A DNA stretch of 63,994 nucleotides, filler included, from Octopus bimaculoides (taxonomy: Eukaryota): NCBI RefSeq assembly GCF_001194135.2. It is 7 parts of 7 records of this genome, joined end to end, with 100 filler letters (N's around TTAATTAATTAA, not from the genome) between each part and the next. Parts side by side here need not be neighbours in the genome. Positions count along the whole stretch, not along the records: positions 22,160 to 41,466 come from NC_068991.1; positions 41,567 to 49,655 come from NC_068982.1; positions 49,756 to 52,508 come from NC_068995.1; 4 more parts are not named here. One strand, written 5' to 3'. The translations under genes were made by a program, and so were the position numbers. Below, piece by piece: positions 37,819-50,413 of the stretch (position 1 is the first letter of the stretch; the number at the start of each line of letters is the position of its first letter). Under the pieces are notes generated by a model that was given only the letters and a program-made list of their open reading frames with translations, did no database searches and was not told the DNA's origin.

Positions 37819-38399
37819 TGTAGCGTACGTCTCTCTCTCTTTCTCTCTCTGTTATATGTACATGGATGCGGACGTAGTGGATAACAGCTAGCCTTTGGTC
37901 GCATCTTTGGACCCTGTTGTGTCCACCACTCTGCTTGGTTGGTATTGGCGCATTTTGTCTCCTGGTCACACGGTCGTTACAAACTGGTGACCCCGACGTG
38001 ATACGCGGCTGTACCCGACGTGGATCACGCGGTCGTGCCCGACGTGATTCCAACACGCAGCCCGACGTTCACACGGACGTTTACAAAATGGTGACCCAAT
38101 GCCATCTTCATGACCACCGCTCTTTCTTCTTTTCGCTACAGTTATTTCATCCTTTTCGTCTATTTTGCCTTACACAAAATGACTGGTGGTGGTGGTGGTG
38201 GTGGTGGTGGGGGCTCTGTGGCGTACTTCTCTCTCTCTCTCTCTGTCTCTCTCTCACTCTTTCTCTCTGTTATATATACATGGATGCGGACGTAGTGGAT
38301 AACAGCTAGCCTTCGGCCGCATCTTTGGACCCTGTTGTGTCCACCACTCTGATTGGTTGGTATTGGCGCATTTTGTCTCCTGGTCGCACGGTCGTTACA
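37819..38399 (+). mobile_element. TRIM-like miniature LTR retrotransposon
   Basis: LTRs at 37819-37981 and 38217-38399 (TGT(A/G)GCG...CGTTACA); PBS at 37985-38002; purine-rich (GGT)nGGGGG tract before the 3' LTR; 235-bp non-coding interior. Confidence 0.85.
37985..38002 (+). promoter_or_regulatory. Primer-binding site complementary to the tRNA-Trp 3' end
   Basis: TGGTGACCCCGACGTGAT is the 18-nt reverse complement of the animal tRNA-Trp 3' end (ATCACGTCGGGGTCA-CCA, recalled). It lies 3 nt after the LTR. Confidence 0.85.
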
Positions 38400-39710
38400 A
38401 ACTCTACAGTGCTTGTATCCTTCATGTAACCTTATATTCCACCAACTGCTTTTATGCGTAGCTAGGTGGATGATGAAGGGGTGAGCATGAGTAGGTGGTC
38501 TGACCTGAATAGATAGATATAGGGCAGTACGTTTGGGTCTGATGTATAAGCCTGTTCAGATTTAGAGGTCCGGAGCTGGTAGACAGTAAATTTATGGGGT
38601 ACCACGGGTGGCACACACCCTAGCTACGTCACTGTTTATACTATTCCTTCTCAACCAGTTATCAACCAGCCTGGGAGTCACGAAAGTGGCTGTGCAACCT
38701 GTATCAACAGTGATCCTTGCCGCACTCCCTGCGGCTCTAATTATTTGCGATTTATCACATTGTCACAAGTCCACATGTTTATAATAGACGAATATAGTTT
38801 ATTAACTCGTTACTGGTGAATAACTGGTACTTGTTTTAACAACATTGGACAGCGTATTTAGATGGTGGCGATAGGGTCGGTTCGGTACTTTTGGGCCTGC
38901 CCTTTAATTCTGTATAAGGGGCGGTAATGGTGGAAATCTTAAGAGTGGCTCCAGGAGGCACACACTCAAGCTATGCCGCTGCTTGAATAAGATTTCAACT
39001 CTGACGAAACTGAATAGTGTGTAGCATTTTCGTCCGATGTTCTACCCCCTCACCATTCTAATACAGTACCGGACCAATTACCCAGCACACTTAGAACCGG
39101 AAATGTCCCGGATTTCTTGATTTTTCGGTTTTCTGAAGACAGTCTTAAAATTAAAACATAAAATAAACTACGAAAAGTAAAGAGCTAAATTGTATTAAAA
39201 AAAGGATCAAAGGTCTTTCCTGAGCAATAGGCTCATAAAGCCGGTTTCCTGAATTCTTTAGCACGTATATTCTGGATTCCTATGAGTCGGATAAGAGATC
39301 TGTAACTGAACTTTAGCTCTTCTTTTATTAACGAAATGTTTGCTGGATTCAGCGATAAAGGAAATACCAGGCACGTAACAGGAGTACAATTCATCGATTA
39401 TATACTTTTCTTCGAAATCTTTACCATTGTAGCAACGTAAAATTATTTTACTTAAGAATAAATCTTGATTCTGTCAACTTCCTTTATATCAATTAACAAA
39501 AAACCACGTCACTCCATCCCGTCTTTGCAGTAAATTGGAGGAAAATTACCGTGCAAATAACCGTCTAATACGTGTCTTTTATTGAAATCGTTTGAAGAAG
39601 TTTCTTTCATCTCCCGAATGAGTTAAAATATTCAAAACCTCTCTACCGTACGTTTAAAGGTGCGACAAAAGAATACGACAGAACTTAAGAGTTAAACAAT
39701 AAAACCTCAC

Positions 39711-39722
39711 ACACACACACAC

Positions 39723-39816
<94 letters not shown>
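39711..39816. repeat. (CA)n microsatellite, about 105 bp
   Basis: Directly visible. Confidence 0.95.
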
Positions 39817-39818
<2 letters not shown>

Positions 39819-40173
39819 GACTATAAAAAAAAAATAAAATGCTTTTCCTTTTTATATCATGAAATGGAAAATCGTTTATGAGCGAAGCACATTAATACAA
39901 CATTAGTGAAGTCTTATACGCTATACAGACATTTGATAAAATTAACCAAACATAACACGTTTCACTTCTTAACAATGCGCAGGATGTAACTCGGGTCACA
40001 AGGAAAATAAGCTGACCTCGGGGGCCATTTAATAGCTATAAACAGGAAAATGCATAAAATGTGAGGTGTGTTCCGAGAGCTGTTCACACTCTCCTTCGTC
40101 AAAAGCACAGCAACAACACGTGTACTGATGCACGTATACATAAACAGATATGTTTACATATAAGATATATGAA

Positions 40174-40208
<35 letters not shown>

Positions 40209-40459
40209 CGCATGTACATATTTGTGTATTCAAACATTTATGATTATATTTTTGCATACATGTATGTATGTACGTATATTCTTTTATGAGTTTCAGGCCA
40301 AAGGTTGTGGCCATGCTGGGGCACTGGAACTAGATATCGAAGCACATATGCTATAAATATTAGCATGTAAATATTGGGTCAAAATAAAACCATTTTGGAT
40401 AGAAAAAAATCGAAGGTTGTTCTCCAAACGGCATGCTATTATTTGCAGCTTCGTCAAGG

Positions 40460-40900
40460 CGGCGAGCTGGCAGAATCGTTAGCACGCCAGGTAAAATGCT
40501 TAGCGGTATTTCTTCCGTCTTTACGTTCTGAGTTCAAAATCCGCCGAGGTCGACTTTACCTTTCATCCTTTCGGGGTCGTTACAATAAGTACCAGTTGAG
40601 CACTGCGGTCGATGTAATCGACTTACTCCCTCTCCCGAAATTGCAGGCTTTGTTCCTATATTAGAAAGAATTATTTACAGCTTTGTATGTGCTTCGAGAT
40701 CCAGTTCCAATTCATATGACGTCAACAGTATTACACATACAGGCAGGAGCTGGCAGAATCGTTAGCTCACCGGGCGAAATGTTTAGCGGCATTTCATCCA
40801 TCTTCATGTTCTGAGTTCAAATTCGACTTTGCCTTTCATCCTTTCGGAGTCGATAAAATAAGTACCAGCTCAGTATTGGAGTCGACGAAATTGCTGGCCT
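40460..40900 (+). mobile_element. Two family B SINE copies (40460-40660 and 40745-40900)
   Basis: Both begin GAGCTGGCAGAATCGTTAGC and share GTTCTGAGTTCAAA and CTTTCATCCTTTCGG.GTCG.TA.AATAAGTACCAG. Confidence 0.8.
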
Positions 40901-41171
40901 CGTGCCAAAAGTTGAAATCAATGTTATAGATACATACATACATAAAATTTCTTATGCAATAAAACATGTGTATATATGACTCTGCCTTTCGTATTGTGTT
41001 CTATATCAATATTTTATTAGTCTTTCATTGGGGTTCGAATTCTGCTATGGGTTACACTCGTTTAGGGGCTTCTTGCTATGGAGGTTTTGTTGCTCATGTG
41101 TGTGTTTACATATATATGTTTATATACTTATATATATATATATGTATATACATACATACACACATACACAC

Positions 41172-41204
<33 letters not shown>

Positions 41205-41430
41205 TGTATGTAGTGTGGGATGAGAATTTATGGAAAGGTATCCCATAGAAATTCAACAAACTGTTAAAGATGGAGATGAGAAGATGTTAACATTTAAAAA
41301 AAAAGAATTTTAATACATGCATATTAACATGTAAAATACATGGTAGAATAATTAGAAATTAATTAAATTAATTACATATCACTGTTATACATATATACAC
41401 ATATGTATATATATACATATACATACAAAC

Positions 41431-41461
<31 letters not shown>

Positions 41462-41759
41462 CATATNNNNNNNNNNNNNNNNNNNNNNNNNNNNNNNNNN
41501 NNNNNNNNNNTTAATTAATTAANNNNNNNNNNNNNNNNNNNNNNNNNNNNNNNNNNNNNNNNNNNNATATATATATATATATACATACCATACGTATATA
41601 TATGAATATAAATATATAAGCGTGTGCGGATATATACGTGTGTGTGTGTGTGTGTGTGGATAGATGGGTGGATTTGCATAAAGTGCTTAATACAGTGACA
41701 GTAATTAAAGAAAGATTTTCTTGAAAGTTAATAACTAATAGTTGTTAACTTTTAGAATA

Positions 41760-42620
41760 AAAAAACTGATTTTTTGAAACATAATGTCACAGATCTTTTG
41801 AGAAGTTTTCGTAGTGTGGTAAATCTTAAAGATTCTAAAACATTTCAAGCCAATATTTTTTCTAACGGCTAAACATGTTAATATCTCACCAACCCCACCC
41901 CACCCCCCGCCTCCATCTACACCATCAACTATATCCATAATATACGTAAAAATCACTTTTACAGCTTTACACAAAACAAGTACTGTAGAAAATTGTTTAA
42001 AAGTTTCCACCTCCAACCAAAATCCCCACAAAAGATTTACTAATATAAGTACACAAAATTACAAACATATGTGAAAATATATTACTATGCAAGCAAGTTG
42101 GAAGATACCTTTTCTATTTTAATTTTAAATTTAAATTTTTTTAATTTTTAAATCATTTTTTAAATTAGATTTTATTTTTATCCCATTTTTATACATGAAT
42201 ATAATCACACCTTTTGCAATGCCCCACTTTCGTATATATCGAAAGGTCTAAAATAATATATTATAAAATACCCACGTTTGAAACAGAATTAAAGAAATAT
42301 TTATAAACACATAACCCACAAACTCTATCTCCATAAAACACAAGGTTTAAAATTTCTATACGCTAAAAAAAATTGCTCATTGAACCATAGACACCTAGAG
42401 AGAAACATACTGACCAACAACCCTTGCACCTACTTATATATTCTTATGAACATCAAAGCACAAGATAAACAAATTTCTATACTAACAAACCATGACATGC
42501 CTGACTAATAACCCTCACCTTCCAAATAAAAATAGGAAATACTCTAAATAACAAGTAAAGAAACTGCCTCGCTAATATATACCACCTACTTACATTATGC
42601 TGTGAAGCCCTAAAGAATTC
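41760..42620 (+). mobile_element. Highly decayed Penelope-like RT remnant
   Basis: Weak motifs resembling YxDDTF (CAAGTTGGAAGATACCTTT) and xxYRK; many stops. Confidence 0.3.
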
Positions 42621-42667
42621 CACTAGAATTAGAAAAAGGTTTCCATTAGAAAAAAAGTTGACACACA

Positions 42668-42950
42668 GGCGTAGGCATGGCTATGTAGTAAGAAGTTTGC
42701 TTCCCAGCCACATAGTTCCGACCAAAGCCTTGTGAGTGGATTTGGTATGTATCTGTGTGTCTGTTTGTCCTCCCACTATCGCTTGACAACCGATGTTGGT
42801 GTGTTTACGTCTCCGTAACTTAGCGGTTCGGCACAAGAGAGCCATAGAATAAGTACTAAGCTTACAAAAAATAAGTCGTAGGATCGATTTATTCGACTAA
42901 AGGCGGCAATCTAATGACTGGAACAAGTAAAAGAATAAAAGAATAAAAGA
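42668..42950 (+). mobile_element. Family A SINE with an internal deletion
   Basis: The head is joined to the CCAAAGCCTTGTGAGTGGATTTGG segment and the standard 3' tail. Confidence 0.8.
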
Positions 42951-43399
42951 ATATATATACATACATAAATATAAATAGATAGATGCATACATACACACAC
43001 ACATATATATATATAAATACATACACACAAGCACATGCAGACACACACATACATACATACATATGCATTTTTGCAATGTTACAATAGTTTCACCTATAAT
43101 TCTGTCAAAAGTATATGTGAGAAATACAATAACATTGTTACAAATTTCTCAGAAAGTAGACGCTAAGAGTAAAAGATAGTACGGGATTAATCAGAGCAAT
43201 AATCATAAGGAACTAAGTCAGGTTATATCCGGAGAGTGATAGGAGGTTTTGAATGTGTTTGTGTTCAGTAACTATGGGAATCGGTAAAAGGTGTGGCAAC
43301 GTTACATGTAGGATGGAGTCAAGAATTAAAGATCAAAGAACAGACTTCTACTTGCACCTGTTTAGTCTGGTGGGGAAATGGACTTCCAAAATTTCAATA

Positions 43400-45300
43400 G
43401 AAAATAGAGATTTTCTGCGATATCTGCAGAAAATCATTGATATTATATTTAAATACTTTGGATGCTCATTTCATACTGTTCTCTATAAGACTTTTCTCAG
43501 CAGTACATAAATGACGTCGACCTCTGATGTTTATGTAAATTTGCTCCACTCCAGTAATTTTCCATTTTATTTGATAACCGATATTCTCTTTCATCTAACA
43601 TTAGTAATTAAATAAAGATTTTTTCTTGCCGATATGCTTGAAGAAAACAGTAAGATTGGCTTATCGTTGCTTGTCTTATCTGCTGTCGTTCTTGTCTATT
43701 ATTCACTATTGTCGCTCGATCCATTTGATTTGATAGAAGCAATATCGGTATGGCACACTGTATCTCAGGGTCACAAGGCTGGTTGAGGAAAACTGCGTCA
43801 GTGTCTTTGCTTGTATGACCTGACCTTGAAGGAACCGTTGTTCTGATGTTTTTCATACTGTAGGTGCAACACATTCAAACAGTGTAAGAAAGCGTATATG
43901 TTAAAGTCTGTCATACCGGCCATGACGAAGGGAAATAGCCCTGAAACTCGAGTCGCCTTTATATATTTATATTTATATATTTGATCCTTTATATTGAACA
44001 CTCAATATTTCATCTACATTCAATACTTTCTTTCATGGTGCCATCCATTTTTATTTTATTTTATTTTATATTATATATTGTATATTATATTAAATATTGT
44101 ATATTCCATATTCTATACCCCACATTGGTTCTGCAGGAATATAAATAAAACATAAAAAACAGACAGTGTTGGAACTCTTTTAAACAAAATAATATATATA
44201 TATATATATATACTCGTCCTGGAAAGCTTTTAGATATGTTGGTTCTTACATTTAATTTATGATAGTATGAACGAGATAATATTGTGTGGGATTGTACTGG
44301 AGTGAGGTTAGATTCATATTTAATTTTGCTTTTGAATACGTTATTCGCTAAATTACTGTTGCACTATGAGGACATCCTATAAAAGACATTGTTAGGAGGA
44401 AATTCGGATATTCTTCTGCTAATGTTGTTGATTAGACGTTAAAATTATGGACGGATTACAGGATTTAGTGTTGATGTAAGTCACTTGTTCATTGGCTTTG
44501 TTATAGAGTTTCTATTTGTTCGTGTTTAATTAAAGGGTGATATTAAAGAAATTTACAATGATTTAGCTAGTTGGCTATAGATATTTTTAGATCTATGTGG
44601 TTAAAGGCAATTATGAGGTTCTTCATTTTATATAACTCATGTCCACTTGTGTATGATATAGCAGCTAATTTATCATCCATAACCTGATGTTCAATTTGAT
44701 GAACCTATTCTGTTAAACATCCAGTATGTGTAAGCCGTCAACATCACATGTATCTGCAATATCGTATGACTCTATACTGATATCTAATGTACTTCTTGTA
44801 TCACATTGTTTCACTTACACCAATCTTTACTAAAGAGTAGTGTATTTATATTGTGTATGTCATCTGTATCAATATATACTTTGACAAAGTCTTTGCCGAG
44901 TATAGAATGTGTTATCGACAGGTAAACCAGTTAATTACTGCGGTATTGTTGGTTGTTGTGCTCTAGTAGCTTTCCTAATTCTCGCTTATATTAGAATTTT
45001 TTCACTGATTAGTCTTATCCTAACTGGATTTATTTGTCAATACTTGGTGATGGTGATGAAATGTTCTTTCTAGTCCTTGAAATGCCTCTCACATAAGTAG
45101 GTATGCCATTCTGTTGTTAAATTTAATTTTCTGAGTAATGGCTTTTATCTCAGTGTTAATGTTGCTATATGTGTCTGTACAGTAGTCTGTCTAGTGTTTT
45201 ATTGCGGTTCCCTTCAAGTAACCGTTTATATTAGGTGTAATCTACTTCATATAAGTTCTTTGTCTTACCAAAGAATATAAATGCCAAAAAAGTATTGTAA
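43400..45300 (-). mobile_element. Degenerate Penelope-like element (RT thumb and C-terminal endonuclease region)
   Basis: Minus strand gives VNFFNITL.LNTNK.KLYNKANEQVTYINTKSCNPSII (cf. VNFLDVTLNL..YKPYxKPN....YINxxSNHPP), then IGYQIKWKI...LCTAEK...CRYRRK at 43400-43590. Confidence 0.65.
43918..43957 (+). ncRNA. Hammerhead-like motif with a one-base core insertion
   Basis: GGC-C(A)UGACGA-AGGG(AAAUAG)CCCU-GAAA-CUCGAG-UC-GCC, with a palindromic stem III, a GUC triplet and a 3-bp stem I. Confidence 0.45.
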
Positions 45301-45806
45301 TTTGGTTGAAGCATTGCATTATATGTAAATGATATAAGATTTTGAAAAAGTAATCCAGGTGATGAGTTAGACAAAATATGTGAAGTAATATCAATGTATG
45401 AAAACAAAGAGAAAAAATATTGTTTCATCACATAGGTTGTTTAATCATCCAATGATATTTTCGGGGAAAATTCTCCTTTTCAAATAGAAAATACAATAAA
45501 TTTTCGAAGAGTTCGAAGTAATCAGTTGTTTCTGGCAGGCCACGTTGGCACTAAGTTTGTACTGATATTTTTGATAATCTGGAGTTGTTATAAAACGGTC
45601 TCATAAGTTTGACAGATTTAAATTCAAAAGATAAGAACTTTATCAACATATGTTCTGAGATTTAATCCGCCGCTCCACAGTTTCTACCATTCACCACTGT
45701 GATTCTTTTTCATAGAAGAATTCTGTTCTTCAGATATAAATTTTTGATATTTTCTCCTCGTCGCTTTTCTCAGCTTCTTTCGGATCCTAGCAATCTATGT
45801 ATCGCC

Positions 45807-45858
<52 letters not shown>

Positions 45859-45898
45859 NNNNNNNNNNNNNNNNNNNNNNNNNNNNNNNNNNNNNNNN

Positions 45899-45951
<53 letters not shown>

Positions 45952-46275
45952 CTTTATCCTTAATGCTGTCTTTATTTCTTGCTCACCTTCTTCCTCTCTT
46001 ACTATTATTTTCCATTCCCGCCAACCACCTTAATTTTCAATCTTCATTACAACGCTCCGAACATTCTCACCTCATAATCATTTTCAGATACATGTATATG
46101 TGCGTGCACCCACACACATACTCGCACACGCATACACGCATAAGTAAAGTACCTATAATGACTACTGGAAACAGCTGTAAGCCAAATTTGCTCCAATAAA
46201 GGAATAATATGTATTGATCATTATTTTTAACTTGTTTTTGATATATATATATATATTATTTTTAACTTGCTTTTG

Positions 46276-46354
<79 letters not shown>

Positions 46355-46756
46355 CCCATTAGATTTATACTACTTACATAGCGTATATAATCTGCATACA
46401 TACCTAGATACTCTTTTAACCTGTTATCTTATATTTACCCCAATTTTATGTTAAACCGATAGTTTCGATTTTTCTGAATCTCTTTATCACCTCGTTTCCT
46501 TTCCTTCTTATGCCTCTCTTACCACCTCTCTCTCTCTCTCTCGCTTCCTCCTCCTCTCTCTCTTTCTCTCTTCCTTCTCTCTCTCTTCCTCCTCTCTCTC
46601 CTTTCTCTCTCTCCCTCCTCTCTATCCCTCTGTAATATGTCTGTGTATGTGTGAGTGTGAATGTGCATTAGTGTGTGCGTGAGTGTGCGTATTTGTGCGT
46701 GTATGTGTGTGTGTCTGTGTCAGTGTGTGTCGGTATGAGTTGATGTGTGTCGGTGT

Positions 46757-46805
<49 letters not shown>

Positions 46806-47059
46806 GGTGTGTGTGTGTCTGTGTAAAGGGGAATAGCACGTGTGTATTTGTATTTGACGATCATACATTGAGATTATACAAACATGCACACAGATAAATA
46901 TACCTGTGGGCGGGTTTATGTATATATCCTTGAGTGTGTACATTACATATATGTATATAGATTATACACATAGTATATAATAATGCATAAAGGTATACAG
47001 CATAGACGGCTAGATGGATAATATATATAATAGGATGTAATACACGCATAAATATATAT

Positions 47060-47990
47060 GAATGTATGTAAGTATGTATGTCATTGTTCAGTTTTATTTC
47101 AAAATTTCTTGCCAATAGAGAAACAGCTGGTTTCTAACCTAGATCCAAGTCTTCTTCATTGGAATTTCAACATCAACAACAGGGCATTTTTGATTGTATG
47201 CATGTATATATGTATGTATGTATATATGTATGTATGTACGTGTGTAGATTTGTATGTTTTGTTTTATGTATGTATTCTCATTCATATAGTTGCATATCTA
47301 GACATGCTCATATATATTTAAATGCTAAACTTCTGGAAAGTTTTACAGATTTCGTTTTAGGTAGAGAAGGTCTACGTCACTGTTTATGTGGAAATTATGT
47401 GTGTTTGTTATTATTTTTCGGGTTTTCACATAAATGGCTCGAATCTCATCAAGTATCCAATCAAGCAGCCTAAATGTTGATATGAGTACTGGCGTTGCAA
47501 ACACAGTGTTTTATTGAATACAGAGAGTTCTGAGGTCCAAATTTTCTATATTCGGCAGTAATATTCTTTAGTGACACGTGTTTTGTTACAGGTTCCATTG
47601 TAAGATATGTTTTCATCCACCCCTTAATACCTGCAACATTCCTCGTCAGATATAGGGGAAACAGTCAAATGATTGATGGAAATGTTGCTAGCCTGGTTTA
47701 TAGCTTCCCCCCTTTCACAACCATATAACATTTAACCTGACCAATCTCCAACCCTACTCGCGTTTGAAAATGTTGTAACTAAGTCAAGGCTCTTTTTCGT
47801 TTCATGCATATTCTTTGCATAAAGTTTCAAGTCATCCACAAAGAAACAGTGTGTAATTTTGGTATTTCTATTTCTTTGTGAACCAGTGAGATATCTTTCA
47901 GATATCCTTAACATGAATGACAAGGGATTTACAGAAAGTATAAGCAGCATCACAAAGAGGCTATCCGCTTGGAATATACCTTTGAGATAT
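47060..47990 (-). mobile_element. R4/Dong-type (RLE) LINE RT remnant plus 3' end
   Basis: QADSLFVMLLILSVNPLSFML...ITHCFFVDDLKLYAK, followed by GVDENI...TKEYYCRI.KIW.SELS and the shared 3' terminus. Confidence 0.8.
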
Positions 47991-49463
47991 TGCATTCTAT
48001 CAGTGATAATACAGTCTTTCTTTGTGTTTAATTGTATGCATGTATGTATGCATGTATGTATGCATGTATGTATGTATGTATGTATGTATGCATGTATGTC
48101 ATTATTCAGTTTATTTCAAGATTTCTTACCTATAGAGAAAAAACCGTTTTCTTACCTAGATTCAAGGCTCCTTCATTGGAATTTTAACAACAGAGTATTG
48201 TTGTATGTATGCATGTATGTATGTATGTATGTATGTATGTATGTATCTGTGACATATCTGTGATATATCTGTGACATCTGTCCACATCCTTTCTTAGCTG
48301 TTGTTTTACATGTTTTCGCTTTTACTCCTTGACGTAGGATATAGATAAAATTGCGTCTAATAACGTAATGCTTTGCGTTTTCCTTCTTTCTTTCTAATAT
48401 AAATGTTCACACGCACGCACACGCNNNNNNNNNNNNNNNNNNNNNNNNNNNNNNNNNNNNNNNNNNNNNNNNNNNNNNNNNNNNNNNNNNNNNNNNNNNN
48501 NNNNNNNNNNNNNNNNNNNNNNNNNNNNNNNNNNNNNNNNNNNNNNNNNNNNNNNNNNNNNNNNNNNNNNNNNNNNNNNNNNNNNNNNNNNNNNNNNNNN
48601 NNNNNNNNNNNNNNNNNNNNNNNNNNNNNNNNNNNNNNNNNNNNNNNNNNNNNNNNNNNNNNNNNNNNNNNNNNNNNNNNNNNNNNNNNNNNNNNNNNNN
48701 NNNNNNNNNNNNNNNNNNNNNNNNNNNNNNNNNNNNNNNNNNNNNNNNNNNNNNNNNNNNNNNNNNNNNNNNNNNNNNNNNNNNNNNNNNNNNNNNNNNN
48801 NNNNNNNNNNNNNNNNNNNNNNNNNNNNNNNNNNNNNNNNNNNNNNNNNNNNNNNNNNNNNNNNNNNNNNNNNNNNNNNNNNNNNNNNNNNNNNNNNNNN
48901 NNNNNNNNNNNNNNNNNNNNNNNNNNNNNNNNNNNNNNNNNNNNNNNNNNNNNNNNNNNNNNNNNNNNNNNNNNNNNNNNNNNNNNNNNNNNNNNNNNNN
49001 NNNNNNNNNNNNNNNNNNNNNNNNNNNNNNNNNNNNNNNNNNNNNNNNNNNNNNNNNNNNNNNNNNNNNNNNNNNNNNNNNNNNNNNNNNNNNNNNNNNN
49101 NNNNNNNNNNNNNNNNNNNNNNNNNNNNNNNNNNNNNNNNNNNNNNNNNNNNNNNNNNNNNNNNNNNNNNNNNNNNNNNNNNNNNNNNNNNNNNNNNNNN
49201 NNNNNNNNNNNNNNNNNNNNNNNNNNNNNNNNNNNNNNNNNNNNNNNNNNNNNNNNNNNNNNNNNNNNNNNNNNNNNNNNNNNNNNNNNNNNNNNNNNNN
49301 NNNNNNNNNNNNNNNNNNNNNNNNNNNNNNNNNNNNNNNNNNNNNNNNNNNNNNNNNNNNNNNNNNNNNNNNNNNNNNNNNNNNNNNNTATATATATATA
49401 TATAAATAACTTCATATATATATATAACTTCATATATATTCATATATATCCATATATAAGTTC

Positions 49464-49500
<37 letters not shown>

Positions 49501-49769
49501 CGTATGCATGCATGTATGTATGTATGTACGTATGTATGTTTATATGGATTATGTATAAAACCAACGTCCTGTATGTCTGCATACATACCTGCTCATATGT
49601 GAGTGCATATGCTGTATAATTTGTATCAAGAAGTGTATTGTTTTGTGTATATGTANNNNNNNNNNNNNNNNNNNNNNNNNNNNNNNNNNNNNNNNNNNNT
49701 TAATTAATTAANNNNNNNNNNNNNNNNNNNNNNNNNNNNNNNNNNNNNNNNNNNNATATATATATATAT

Positions 49770-49930
49770 ACACGACGGGCTTCTTTCAGTTTCCGTCTAC
49801 CAAATCCACTCACAAGGCTTTGGTCGGTCCGAGGCTATAGTAGAAGACATTTGCCCAAGATGCCACGCAGTGGGACTGAACCCGGAACCATGTGGTTGGT
49901 AAGCAAGCTATTTACCACACAGCCACTCCA
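49770..49930 (-). mobile_element. Family A SINE 5' half
   Basis: Reverse complement of the head seen at 1090. Confidence 0.85.
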
Positions 49931-49941
49931 TATATATATAT

Positions 49942-50197
49942 TGTTGTACTGTAAACGCCCGCACCTGAATGTAAGTGGACTGGATGAGACTTATAAACAG
50001 AGGAGCCAGTAGACAGTTGAGGTCGAACTGTCAGAGCGTTAGTCTCGTTATTGACTCTGCGTTGGAGTATGGGATTGTTATTTGCTGATGGTTATAATAA
50101 GATAACCAACTATTGTTACGTTGCTTATTGTTATACGGTTATATTTGGTACTGTGATATATTGTTACATATATATACGTCATATATCGTAACTGACA
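49942..50197. mobile_element. Possible short solo LTR
   Basis: TGT...ACA ends with ATAT on both sides (possible 4-bp TSD, weak evidence in an AT-rich context). Confidence 0.4.
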
Positions 50198-50413
50198 ATA
50201 TAACAGGCGTGGCTGTTACGTATGAAGGTTGCTGCGCAATTACATGGATCCTGGTTTAGTCCTACTTTGTGGTACCTTGGGCAAGTGGCTTCTACTATAG
50301 TCTCCGGCTATAGCAGAATCAATCGAACACACACAGAGAGCCTTGTGAGTGTAACTGATAGAAGGAAACCGAAAGAAGCCCGTCGTGTGTGCATATATAT
50401 ATATATATATATA

